From an uncultured Acidimicrobiales bacterium (lineage in GTDB: Bacteria; Actinomycetota; Acidimicrobiia; Acidimicrobiales; SHLQ01), in assembly GCA_938023735.1 (NCBI GenBank), contig CALJDK010000025.1, forward strand, positions 33,057 to 97,056: a stretch of 64,000 bases of DNA, given 5' to 3'. Within the stretch, counting starts at the first letter, position 1; each line of letters starts with the position of its first letter. Positions 47,449 to 56,825 of this stretch are shown piece by piece. The position numbers and the translations under genes were made by a program. Below the pieces are notes generated by a model. It was not told the origin of the DNA. It saw only the letters and a program-made list of their open reading frames with translations, and did no database searches.

Positions 47449-48723
47449 TTACTTGGGGGTTTGCGCCCGGATGCGAAGGGCGTTGAGGACGGTGATGGTT
47501 GCGTATTGGCGGAGGCGGTTGCGGTCGGATGGGAAGGTCGCTTCGAGGCTTTCGACGGTGCCGTCGACCATCGTTGCCAGCCAGAGCGTGCTGAGGTTGT
47601 CATCGCCTGGTGTGGCGGGCCCGCTGGCGATAATGGTGTCAGTGCCCAGACGGTCGGCTGCCGCCAAGGCCAACGCCTCAACCCCGGCCTGGCCTTCAAC
47701 ACTTCCGCTCGTTCCGGCAAGCACAGCGGCGATATCGGCGTTCTGGGCGACAACTCCACCAAGCATCACGTCGGCAGCGCCCGGCGTATCGAGCAGACGC
47801 GACGCGATCATGCCGCCCGTGGCCATCTCGGCCACACCCAGGGTGAGCCCCATCGACCGCAGCGTTGCCAAGACCACTGCCTCCATGTTCTGCGGCACAG
47901 TGACGCGGGTTTGCTCGTCATCGACGCCGAACACGATGGGCCCAACGATGTCGCGCACCCGGGCCTCTTCCTCATCGAGCATTGCGGCCACAGCGGCTGC
48001 GTCGGCTCCCTTGGCGGTAAGGCGGATCTTCAGCCCCTCGACCCCGCTGGCGTTGAAGGCCAGGGTGACACCAAGCGCAGGATCATCGAGCCGGGCGATC
48101 TCGTCGGCAAGGATTTCGCCCAGATTCGACTCGCCGACGCCCCAGGTACGCAGGGTGCGAGACGAAATCGTTGCGGTTTCGCCCGACCGCCGGATGAGAT
48201 CGGGCACCACGGTTCCGAGCATCATCTCGTGCATCTCATAGGGCACGCCCGGCATTGCGTAGATCACGCAGCGTTCAGGATCGCCAGAATCACCGGAACC
48301 CACGGGGACCACCAGGCCAGCGGCCGTGCCAGGCTGTTCTGCCATAGCCCAGCCACCTTCGGGGATGTCGGCCTGGGGCAGGTTGCTGTCGGGCATCTCC
48401 CGACCGCGGGAGGCATACATTTGGCGGATCTTGCTCACCAACTCTTCGTTTCGCACCAGCGGCCGTCCGGTGAGTTCGGCGATGATGTCGCGGGTGATGT
48501 CGTCATGGGTCGGACCCAGCCCGCCGGTGATGATGACGGCATCGGACCGCTCGATCGCCTGCCCGATAACGGTTCGCATACGGCCGGGGTTATCGCCCAC
48601 CTTGGTCTGAAAGTGCGAGTTGATGCCCGCCAGCGCAAGCTGCTCGCCTATCCACGATGAATTCGTGTCGACAATCTGACCCAACAACAATTCGGTTCCG
48701 ACTGCAACAACCTCGACGTTCAT
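47449..48723 (-). CDS. cinA: CinA-family protein (MoCF-binding domain + nicotinamide-nucleotide amidase domain)
   Basis: VEVVAVGTELLLGQIVDTNSSWIGEQL and ITGGLGPTHDDITR. Confidence 0.88.
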   Translation of the reverse strand: MNVEVVAVGTELLLGQIVDTNSSWIGEQLALAGINSHFQTKVGDNPGRMRTVIGQAIERSDAVIITGGLGPTHDDITRDIIAELTGRPLVRNEELVSKIRQMYASRGREMPDSNLPQADIPEGGWAMAEQPGTAAGLVVPVGSGDSGDPERCVIYAMPGVPYEMHEMMLGTVVPDLIRRSGETATISSRTLRTWGVGESNLGEILADEIARLDDPALGVTLAFNASGVEGLKIRLTAKGADAAAVAAMLDEEEARVRDIVGPIVFGVDDEQTRVTVPQNMEAVVLATLRSMGLTLGVAEMATGGMIASRLLDTPGAADVMLGGVVAQNADIAAVLAGTSGSVEGQAGVEALALAAADRLGTDTIIASGPATPGDDNLSTLWLATMVDGTVESLEATFPSDRNRLRQYATITVLNALRIRAQTPK

Positions 48724-48733
48724 AGCGCCGAGG

Positions 48734-49309
48734 TTAACCGTGCTGGGCGTACGATCGACTGCCGTCGCGCAGATACATGTAGCCGGTATAGAGCGTCAGA
48801 CCAACGGCGATCCACAGCCATGCATTCACGACCCACCGGGTGTCTTCAAAGGGCGGCGCAACGGCCACCAGCAACGCAACACCTTGAATGGTGGATTTCC
48901 ACTTTGCGGCCTGACGAGCCGGGACCACCACCGACTTGGCGGCAAGCCAGCTCCGCCATGCGCTGATGCCGAGCTCTCGAATGGTGATGAGCACCACCGG
49001 AACCAGCCAATAGGCGCCAACCTTCCAGAGTGCAAAACCGGCACCGATAACGACGATTTTGTCGGCGAGCGGATCGAGAAAAGACCCGGCTTTGGTGACG
49101 CCGTGGCTTCGGGCCAGCCGCCCATCGATAAGGTCCGACACCGCCAGTACGATGCCAAGAATCACGGCGCCCCATGAAGTTCCGAGTGATTCTTCGTTGG
49201 CCAGGATCATCCAGAAGATCACCGGCGAAGCCAAAATGCGGCCAAGGGTCACCATATTGGCGGCGTTCGTGATGAACGCACCGCCATGATGAATGACCTC
49301 GGCGATCAC
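48734..49309 (-). CDS. pgsA: CDP-diacylglycerol--glycerol-3-phosphate 3-phosphatidyltransferase
   Basis: CDP-alcohol phosphatidyltransferase motif DLIDGRLAR...GSFLDPLADK. The GTG overlaps the rimO stop (GTGA). Confidence 0.88.
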   Translation of the reverse strand: MIAEVIHHGGAFITNAANMVTLGRILASPVIFWMILANEESLGTSWGAVILGIVLAVSDLIDGRLARSHGVTKAGSFLDPLADKIVVIGAGFALWKVGAYWLVPVVLITIRELGISAWRSWLAAKSVVVPARQAAKWKSTIQGVALLVAVAPPFEDTRWVVNAWLWIAVGLTLYTGYMYLRDGSRSYAQHG

Positions 49310-50586
49310 GACGATGGCTCGCCTTCGAACACTTCGGTTCCTTCAACGCCCTCGGCCATCAGGTCAGGGCCTAGCGCCCCAGCGATGGTGACCGTGGTGA
49401 ACTCACCGGCCGGAAGATCGATTGGAACGGCCACGATGCCATCGATTTCGGGAGCCTCGCGTGTGCTGCGGGCGATTCCGGGTTCATCCACGAGTACCTT
49501 GACCGTTTGGCCGATCATTTCGTCACGTTTGTTTGCGGTGATGCCATCTTGGATCTCGCGTAGCTCGGCCAGACGTTCGTGCATCAGGTGCGAATCGACT
49601 TCGCCATCAAGATCGACGGCGTAGGTGCCTTCCTCGGAGCTGTACGAGAAGAACCCGCACCAATCGAGTTCGGCCTGCTGTACGAAGTCGATGAGTTGGT
49701 CGTGGTCTTCTTCGGTCTCGCCTGGGTAACCAACGATGAAGTTGGACCGGAACGCCGCCGATGGCTCGCGGGTTCGGATCGCTGCAATCCGTTCGAGGAA
49801 GCGTTGGCCGTCGCCCCACCGTCGCATACGTCGCATCAGTGGTGGCGAAACGTGCTGGAGCGACAGGTCGAAGTACGGCACCTGCGTGGCACAGATAGCG
49901 TCGATGAGGGCATCGTTGAGCTCGGATGGGTACAGGTAGAGCAGGCGAATCCAGTCGGTGCGCTCAGCGACCTGCTCGACCAGTTTCACCAGGTCTTTGG
50001 TGCCTTGCCCCTGGTCGCGTCCGTAGCTCGCAAGGTCTTGGGCGACCAGCACGATCTCTTTGGCTTGCAGCTCGTCGACCTCGGTGAGAATCGACTCGAT
50101 GCTGCGCGAACGCTGCGGCCCTCGGAAGGTCGGAATGGCGCAGAATCCACAGGCCCGGTCGCAACCCTCGGCGATCTTCACATACGCCCATGGCCGGTCC
50201 GATGCGGGCCGCGGAAGATTGAGCAGATCAAAGGTAGGCAGCGCCGGAGCGCCAGGCTTGATGCCGATGCTCACCGGCACGCCGAATCCGGCGACCTGGT
50301 CGGCTTCAGGCAGCGCCTCGGCAAGCTCGGTTCCGTATCGCTCGGCCATACAACCGGTAACCACCAGCTCGGCGTTGGGGTTCTCGTCGGAGATCGCCAG
50401 CACGGTGTCGATGGACTCCTGCCGAGCCTCTTCGATGAAGGCGCAGGTGTTGACCACCACCACGTCGGCCTGGCCCATGTCGTCGGCGGCTTGCATTCCG
50501 TCGGCCAGCATCTTGCCGGCGAGCTTGTCGGAGTCGACTTGGTTCTTCGGGCAACCCAGCGTCTCGATAAAGAAGCGTTGGGCCAC
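49306..50586 (-). CDS. rimO: ribosomal protein S12 methylthiotransferase
   Basis: GTG at 50586 gives (M)AQRFFIETLGCPKNQVDSD. Radical-SAM CDRACGFCAIP and a TRAM C-terminus. Confidence 0.9.
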   Translation of the reverse strand: MAQRFFIETLGCPKNQVDSDKLAGKMLADGMQAADDMGQADVVVVNTCAFIEEARQESIDTVLAISDENPNAELVVTGCMAERYGTELAEALPEADQVAGFGVPVSIGIKPGAPALPTFDLLNLPRPASDRPWAYVKIAEGCDRACGFCAIPTFRGPQRSRSIESILTEVDELQAKEIVLVAQDLASYGRDQGQGTKDLVKLVEQVAERTDWIRLLYLYPSELNDALIDAICATQVPYFDLSLQHVSPPLMRRMRRWGDGQRFLERIAAIRTREPSAAFRSNFIVGYPGETEEDHDQLIDFVQQAELDWCGFFSYSSEEGTYAVDLDGEVDSHLMHERLAELREIQDGITANKRDEMIGQTVKVLVDEPGIARSTREAPEIDGIVAVPIDLPAGEFTTVTIAGALGPDLMAEGVEGTEVFEGEPSS

Positions 50587-50813
50587 TAGAACTCCCCCGC
50601 CGCGCCGTTTTCTTCGGCTCGACGGTGGGCGGCATACCACTGGGTGGCCGACACGATGGCATACGGGACGATGAGCAAAACCACGTAGATCCAGTTGCGG
50701 GTGATGAGGAACAGCACGAAGGCCGTGATCACCAATGCCACCAATCCTGCAAACAGCAATCTGGTGAGAATGCGGATGTCGGCGGTGGAGTCGATTCCCC
50801 GGTCTTCGTACAC
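50586..50813 (-). CDS. small two-TM membrane protein (start uncertain)
   Basis: TRLLFAGLVALVITAFVLFLI and IYVVLLIVPYAIV. Its stop overlaps the rimO GTG by 1 nt. The GTG at 50813 avoids overlap with the antiporter gene. Confidence 0.45.
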   Translation of the reverse strand: MYEDRGIDSTADIRILTRLLFAGLVALVITAFVLFLITRNWIYVVLLIVPYAIVSATQWYAAHRRAEENGAAGEF

Positions 50814-50838
50814 GGGGTTGAGGATACCGGACCCGGTT

Positions 50839-51774
50839 CTATGAACCAGTGCCCACGAGCACCACGGTGAGCACATAGAGGGCCAGAAGGATCGCTGCTT
50901 CCCACCGAACAACTAGTCGCTTGGTGAACATGAAGACGATGGCGACGGTCGAAATGATCATCATGAGGATGATGCCGTTTACTGCCACGCTGTCGTCGTT
51001 GACCAAGCCGGGGCCGATCACCGAGATTGCGCCACCAACGGCCAGGCTGTTGAACAGGTTAGAACCGAGGAGGTTTCCGACGATGAGTTCGGTCTCGTTG
51101 CGTCGGGCCGCAGCGACTGCGGTGACCAATTCGGGCAGTGAGGTACCAATGGCCACCATCGTGAGGCCCACGAAACCACCGCTCAAGCCCAGATCGTCGG
51201 CGATCCAGGTTGCGCCTTCCACCAGAAGCTGTGCGCCGGCAACGGTACCGACCAACCCGACCAGGGTGCGGCCGAGCTCATAGGACGTCGAGGTCTCCTG
51301 CTCGAGGAACTCCTCGTCGATTTCCACATCGCTCTCGCCAGACATCAGCAGCCAGCCGATCGCCGACACCAATGCGAGGAGCATGATGATGCCCTCGAGT
51401 CGGCTTAACCCGCCCTGAACAAACACGGCGAAAAGGGCCGCCGATGCAAACGCTAGCGGCGCTTCTCGGCCAATCGCTTTCGCCGGCAGCGGCAATGGGG
51501 AAATGATGGCGGCAAAGCCCAACACCAAGCTCAGGTTGGCTGCGTTGGACCCGACGATGTTGCCGACGCCGAGCGCAAGCTCGCCCTGTGATGCGGCGAT
51601 TCCCGATACCAAGAGCTCGGGTGCGCTGGTGCCGAACCCCAGGACGACAGCACCGATGACGATGGGCGACATTTTGAGGCTGGCGGCCAAACGTGCGCCG
51701 CCAAGAACAAATTGATCGGCGGCAAAGGTCAACAGCACCAGGCCGGCAACCACCGCAAGAATCGCAAATATCAC
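50839..51774 (-). CDS. Ca2+/Na+ antiporter (CaCA / YrbG-like)
   Basis: Two alpha-repeats: GFGTSAPEL and AIGTSLPEL. Polytopic membrane protein. Confidence 0.88.
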   Translation of the reverse strand: MIFAILAVVAGLVLLTFAADQFVLGGARLAASLKMSPIVIGAVVLGFGTSAPELLVSGIAASQGELALGVGNIVGSNAANLSLVLGFAAIISPLPLPAKAIGREAPLAFASAALFAVFVQGGLSRLEGIIMLLALVSAIGWLLMSGESDVEIDEEFLEQETSTSYELGRTLVGLVGTVAGAQLLVEGATWIADDLGLSGGFVGLTMVAIGTSLPELVTAVAAARRNETELIVGNLLGSNLFNSLAVGGAISVIGPGLVNDDSVAVNGIILMMIISTVAIVFMFTKRLVVRWEAAILLALYVLTVVLVGTGS

Positions 51775-51821
51775 AGGCGTCCGAACCTAGCCGAGCACAG
51801 GCCCGTTTAGCACGGACCCGG

Positions 51822-54662
51822 TTACCCCTGTTGTGCTGCGGCGAGCTCTTCGGGGGTGAGGAGAACCTCCCGCGCTTTCGACCCTTCGCTTGGGCCAACC
51901 ACGCCACGCTCTTCCATGAGGTCCATAATCCGGCCAGCCCGGGCAAAGCCAACGCGGAGCTTTCGCTGCAGCATCGAGGTGGAGCCCAGCTGGCTCTGCA
52001 CCACCAGCTCGATAGCCTGGGCAAGGAGTTCGTCGTCGTCGCTTCCGCCCGAAGCCCCAAAGGTTCCCGGGGGTGCGGCAGAGGTGAGATCATCATCGTC
52101 GAACGAACCTGCCGAGGCTCCCACAGACGGCGCAGTTGGGGTCTGGGGAAACTGGACGTTGGCGATAGCCAGCGGCTTTGCGGTGCTTGCACTCGGATCG
52201 GCGGTCGTCGATGGCATTTGATGGTTACCAGGTTCGGCAACGCCACCAGGGGCAGTCGGCGCGACCTGGTTGACTTCGTCGGGGGCTTCCGGTTCGCCTT
52301 CTTCGAGCTCGGGCTGCTGTTCTCGCCAGAACTCGACAACATTGCGTACTTCTTCTTCGGTGACCCAGCAGCCCTGCACACGATGCGGCGTGCTCGATGC
52401 GGGCCCCATCAGCAGCATGTCGCCCTTGCCAACCAAGCGTTCGGCGCCAGGCTGGTCGAGGATGACTCGACTGTCCTGCAAGCTCGATACGGCGAATGCC
52501 AAGCGGGCGGGAACGTTGGCCTTGATGACACCGGTGATGACGTTGACCGACGGGCGCTGTGTGGCGATAACCAAGTGGATACCAACCGCACGAGCCTTTT
52601 GAGCAATACGACAGATCGACTCTTCGACGTCGCGGGCGGCGACCATCATGAGGTCGGCGAGCTCGTCGACCACCACAACGATGTAGGGCATATGCTCGTA
52701 CACCTTGGGGTTGCCCTCGGCGTCAACCTCGCCAAGCTTGGCCTTCACGGTGCCTTTAGCGATCGCGGCGTTGTAACCGCCGATATCGCGGAAGCTGCAG
52801 GCGCTGAGGAGTTCGTAGCGACGTTCCATTTCCCGAACCGCCCACGCCAGCGCATTGGCGGCCTTCTTCGCGTCGGTGATGGGCTGGGTGAGCAGATGCG
52901 GCACCCGCTCGTACTGACCCATTTCGACCATCTTCGGGTCGACCAGAATCATGCGAACCTGATCGGGTGTGGCCCGCATGAGAATCGACGTGATGAGGCT
53001 GTTGATACACGACGACTTCCCGGCACCGGTGGCGCCAGCGATGAGAATATGAGGCATCGCGGCAAGGTTGGCCAGCATCGACCGACCGTTGATGTCACGA
53101 CCCAACGCAGCTTCCATCGGGTGGTCGGCGTCGCGCGCTTCCTGGGAGCCAAGGATGTCGCCCAGGGCAACGATCTCGCGGTTGGCGTTGGGAACCTCAA
53201 CACCAATGGCCTGACGGCCCGGGATGGGGGCCAGGATTCGTACGTCGGGCGATGCCATTGCGTATGCGATGTCTTTGTTGAGAGCGGTGACCCGAGCAAC
53301 CTTGACGCCGGGGCCGAGTTCGAGCTCGTAACGGGTGACGGTTGGGCCGACGACCATTCCGACCAGGCGAGTCTCGACGTTGTGTTCGGCCAGCGCGTTT
53401 TCGAGCACTCGGCCACGCTCTTCGACCGCGCGCTTGTCGATGGACTGGGCGTCGGACACGTCGAGCAAGCCGAGGGGCGGAAGCACCCAGTCGCCTCGCT
53501 TCTTGGCCACCGCCCGCTTCTTGGCCGACTGCGGCTTTGGTCGAGTCGGCACTTCGACCTTGGGCGTTTCGGTCTTCGCCTGCACCGGAGCCGGCTTTTC
53601 GTCACTTGACGTATCTACATCGATGCGTCGTTCATCGGAGTCATCGCTATGTACAGCGTTGGAGTCGTCATAGTCGTCGTCGGCTGGGTCATAGTTGGCG
53701 CCGCTCAGGTGGTTTTCGGGATATCCATCGTCGTAGTAGTCATCCGCGATGTCGCCAACCGAGTCGTCGGTGAGGTCAAGATCATCGAAGATCTGGCGAT
53801 CGCTCGGTGATTCGAGCAACCAGCGAAGGCGTTCACCAATCGAGCGCCGGCCGTCAACGCCGCCGGCCAAACCATCGGCGGTGGCGTCGGCGATGGAACG
53901 AACGGTGATTCCGCTCATCACCAGAAACGCAACGATCGAGATCGTGCCAAGAACCAGCACGGCGCCCCATACCGCGGCGATACGAAGAAGGGTTCCTCCG
54001 GTTGCAACACCGACGATTCCGCCAGCATCGCTGAGTGCTTCGACGCCTGCGTCGAGCCCGGGCCGTCCACGGAAGACATGGAGAAGCCCACTGACCGCGA
54101 CGGCGGTGAGTGCTGCTCCTACCGAAAAGCGGGTGGTGAGCTGGTGGTCGCCTTCAGGGGTGGGGTCGTCGACCTTGCCGCGCACCAAAACGATGCCAAA
54201 GCCGATCATGCCTACAGGGATCCATGCCCGCACCAAGCCGAGCAGCCAACCGAAGAACCCGTCGTAGAGTCGACCCAAAGGTCCAGCCATTTCGGCATAG
54301 GTGGCGAGCGCGGCGAACAGGCCGAGGGCGATAAGGATGAGGCCCCACAGGTCGGCTCCGTGATCGGCAAAGGCTTCCGAAACCGCTTCGTTGCCGGTAG
54401 TGCGTTCGTCGCGGCGCTGACGGGCCCTATCTTGAGAGGCCCGATTTGCCGAGGAGCTTCTTCCTCGGGCGTTCGCGGTGTTGCGGGTGCTTGCCGGCTT
54501 TTTCTTTACCGTGGTCGACTTCGTCGCTGCTGCTGGCCGCTTTTTGGCGGTCGAAGATCGACTGGCTGTCGATCGAGACCGAGATGACGCGGCCTTCTTC
54601 GATGAGGATCGGGGCACCGTGGTTCCCGAACGGTTCGATGAGGACTTCTTTGTAGTAGCCAC
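51822..54662 (-). CDS. ftsK: DNA translocase FtsK
   Basis: 946 aa. Basic N-terminus, TM segments, motor domain LIAGATGAGKSSCINS and VVVDELADLM, and a C-terminal gamma wHTH domain. Confidence 0.95.
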   Translation of the reverse strand: MATTKKSSSNRSGTTVPRSSSKKAASSRSRSTASRSSTAKKRPAAATKSTTVKKKPASTRNTANARGRSSSANRASQDRARQRRDERTTGNEAVSEAFADHGADLWGLILIALGLFAALATYAEMAGPLGRLYDGFFGWLLGLVRAWIPVGMIGFGIVLVRGKVDDPTPEGDHQLTTRFSVGAALTAVAVSGLLHVFRGRPGLDAGVEALSDAGGIVGVATGGTLLRIAAVWGAVLVLGTISIVAFLVMSGITVRSIADATADGLAGGVDGRRSIGERLRWLLESPSDRQIFDDLDLTDDSVGDIADDYYDDGYPENHLSGANYDPADDDYDDSNAVHSDDSDERRIDVDTSSDEKPAPVQAKTETPKVEVPTRPKPQSAKKRAVAKKRGDWVLPPLGLLDVSDAQSIDKRAVEERGRVLENALAEHNVETRLVGMVVGPTVTRYELELGPGVKVARVTALNKDIAYAMASPDVRILAPIPGRQAIGVEVPNANREIVALGDILGSQEARDADHPMEAALGRDINGRSMLANLAAMPHILIAGATGAGKSSCINSLITSILMRATPDQVRMILVDPKMVEMGQYERVPHLLTQPITDAKKAANALAWAVREMERRYELLSACSFRDIGGYNAAIAKGTVKAKLGEVDAEGNPKVYEHMPYIVVVVDELADLMMVAARDVEESICRIAQKARAVGIHLVIATQRPSVNVITGVIKANVPARLAFAVSSLQDSRVILDQPGAERLVGKGDMLLMGPASSTPHRVQGCWVTEEEVRNVVEFWREQQPELEEGEPEAPDEVNQVAPTAPGGVAEPGNHQMPSTTADPSASTAKPLAIANVQFPQTPTAPSVGASAGSFDDDDLTSAAPPGTFGASGGSDDDELLAQAIELVVQSQLGSTSMLQRKLRVGFARAGRIMDLMEERGVVGPSEGSKAREVLLTPEELAAAQQG

Positions 54663-54828
54663 AGCGTCACCAACGCTACCGGCGAGGCCGCCACTTTCAC
54701 CCCATAATCTCGACGCACCGCGCGCACACCCCCACGCGCGGCGTTCTTTAACCTGGCACCTGGTCTGACCCCTCGTCTGACCCCGGTGGGTGGCGGGGTT
54801 GGGTGGTGGTGGTTGGTAGGGTCTGGCC

Positions 54829-55008
54829 GTGAACGATTTTGATTGTCCTCGATGTGGATTGCCGGTCTCGGAGGTCTTCTATGGGCCCTGTGAGGCCTGT
54901 GTTGGTGCCCTACGAGCCGCCTACGTGGGCGAGGCACGAGACGTGGAAGCAGCGGCCTATGAGCCAAAGATGAACGTCACTCCCAACGCCGTGGCACTGA
55001 AGGACTAG
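54829..55008 (+). CDS. possible 59-aa zinc-ribbon-like protein (below the ORF-track size cutoff)
   Basis: Hand translation from the GTG gives VNDFDCPRCGLPVSEVFYGPCEACVGALRAAYVGEARDVEAAAYEPKMNVTPNAVALKD*, with CPxC...CxxC. It ends 5 nt before the SDR start. Confidence 0.35.
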   Translation: MNDFDCPRCGLPVSEVFYGPCEACVGALRAAYVGEARDVEAAAYEPKMNVTPNAVALKD

Positions 55009-55013
55009 CCGCT

Positions 55014-55865
55014 ATGGACGACCTCAAGGGCCGCACCGCGGTGATCACCGGAGGAGCCAGCGGTATTGGCTTGGCGCTAGCGCACCGGTTTGGGGCCCAA
55101 GGAATGCGCCTCGTGCTAGGCGACGTCGAAGCCCCGGCGCTCAAGCAAGCCACCGCTGAACTGCACGAAGCCGGCTACGAGGTTGTGGCCGAAGTCATCG
55201 ACGTACGCGAAATCGACGACCTCAAGCGACTCGAAGCAACCGCCCGCGAGCACTTTGGCAACGTCCATGTGTTGTGCAACAACGCAGGCGTCGGCGGGGG
55301 AGGGGCCGTTGCCGACATGGACAACCTGGCCAGCTGGAAGTGGACAATCGATATCGACCTGTGGGGCGTCATCTACGGTTGCAAAGTCTTCCTGCCAGCC
55401 ATGATCGAACACGGCGAGCCTTGCCATGTCATCAATACCGCATCGATGGCTGGCCACATAGCTCCACCGATGATGGGTGCCTACAACGTTTCGAAGTACG
55501 GCGTGGTTGCCCTTTCTGAGACCCTGACGCGAGAAATGCAGATGGATCAGACAAACGTTGGCGTCTCGGTGCTGTGCCCGGCCTTCGTGAGCACCGGCAT
55601 CGCAAAGAGTGCCCGCAATATGCCCGACGATGTCGCCGCTCAACTACCCGACAACTCCGAATCCGAAGAGGGCGTGCAATCGATCATCGAAGCGCTTGTC
55701 GACGGCGGAATCGACGCCGATGTTGTGGCCGAAGCGGTGGTCGACGCGGTACATAACGACCGCTTCTGGATTCTTACCCACGAGCAAACCGCACGGGCAA
55801 TCGTCGAGCGAGCAAATAGCATCGCCGCTGGAGAGAACCCAAGCCTCGACAGCACCTTCTCGTAG
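55014..55865 (+). CDS. short-chain dehydrogenase/reductase (SDR)
   Basis: TGGASGIGLALA, NNAG and YNVSK (YxxxK). Confidence 0.88.
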   Translation: MDDLKGRTAVITGGASGIGLALAHRFGAQGMRLVLGDVEAPALKQATAELHEAGYEVVAEVIDVREIDDLKRLEATAREHFGNVHVLCNNAGVGGGGAVADMDNLASWKWTIDIDLWGVIYGCKVFLPAMIEHGEPCHVINTASMAGHIAPPMMGAYNVSKYGVVALSETLTREMQMDQTNVGVSVLCPAFVSTGIAKSARNMPDDVAAQLPDNSESEEGVQSIIEALVDGGIDADVVAEAVVDAVHNDRFWILTHEQTARAIVERANSIAAGENPSLDSTFS

Positions 55866-55946
55866 GAGATTCCTAGGAGAGTTGCACGATGGTTCGAAGG
55901 AGCGCCGGGGGCACGATGGGCTCTGACTACGGCGTTCAAAAAGAAG

Positions 55947-55996
55947 GAAACCCCGAGTAGCCTCGCAGCTTGCGCCGCTCAACTCCTCGGGGTTTC
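55947..55996 (+). terminator. hairpin downstream of the SDR gene
   Basis: GAAACCCCGAG (55947-57) pairs with CTCGGGGTTTC (55986-96): an 11-bp stem with a large 28-nt loop. No clear U-tract. Confidence 0.35.
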
Positions 55997-56528
55997 ACAA
56001 AATGGTCCGGACATACATTCATCCGGCACGACCCGGAATCCTGAGACGATGTCGCAAGCGACTTCGTCCTGATTGTCAATCCTCACAGCCTCGTAACTCT
56101 GTGAGGTAAATCTGAATCTTCCAGTGGATGAGCGACCCCATCCTCTAAGAATCCCGGTCCCGAGCCACCCGACGGCGGAACGATTCTAGGTTTCCCATCG
56201 GCATAGCTTCCCAGCGTTTTCGCAACGTTTGTGGACCGACCCGTCGGTTGGTGCACGCCCGTAAGCGTCTGTGCTGTTCCACTTGGAATCTCCGTCGATC
56301 TCCGAACTTCCTCACCCGTCGGCGATTCTGTTCACTGATCACGTCGGAGTTTCCAACATGCAAACTGTTAGACCCACCGCACTCTGCGTCATTTGACGAT
56401 CTCGCCCGAACTGGTGGACAGTCTCCGAAGAAAGCGTCCGGCTCAGGGTTGGTCGCCTCACTCTGCCGAGTTTGGCTTGTCTGGTCCGAGTGTCTCGATC
56501 GGCATCGGGTTCTCGCTCTGGAACTCTC

Positions 56529-56825
56529 TCAAGATCGTTTCCGATGGCGCTGGTTTGTCGTGCCTGCCCAGATTGAACCGAAGCTCGCCCCAAGCAGACG
56601 CTCGAAACCGTTGCCCTCTTCTGCGACCTGAAAATCGTTCCGAAGGTTGAACCGTTTGCGTCTCTCGACGACCAGACCTTGGACCGAGTTGGCACGCGCC
56701 GTCAAGGCGAAACCAGATTTCCCCAGAGAACTCCACAACCGTTGCGCGAAATCCCCAGACATCTGATGCTTATACACAAGTTCATGCACAAGTGGTGGAT
56801 GCTCGTGGATTCTTTCGGGGGAGCC
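56529..56825 (-). pseudogene. possible relic of a DDE (rve-type) transposase C-terminus
   Basis: The minus-frame product ...SGDFAQRLWSSLGKSGFALTARANSVQGLVVERRKRFNLRNDF...WAGTTNQRH loosely parallels the rve pattern G.EF...L...GI....RP..PQTNGKVERFNRTL..E...W...YN..RPH. Low GC, and the frames decay downstream. Confidence 0.3.

Noticed and set aside
54751-54760. ACCTGGCACC, identical to 10 nt of the 36001-36013 pseudo-palindrome, in the ftsK upstream region.
   Set aside because: A single 10-mer match lacking the full 13-bp dyad is compatible with chance in 64 kb of GC-rich sequence.
54788-54821. Possible G-quadruplex motif.
   Set aside because: There are only four G-runs and the last loop is 15 nt, so G4 potential is weak. 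In a high-GC genome such tracts arise by chance.
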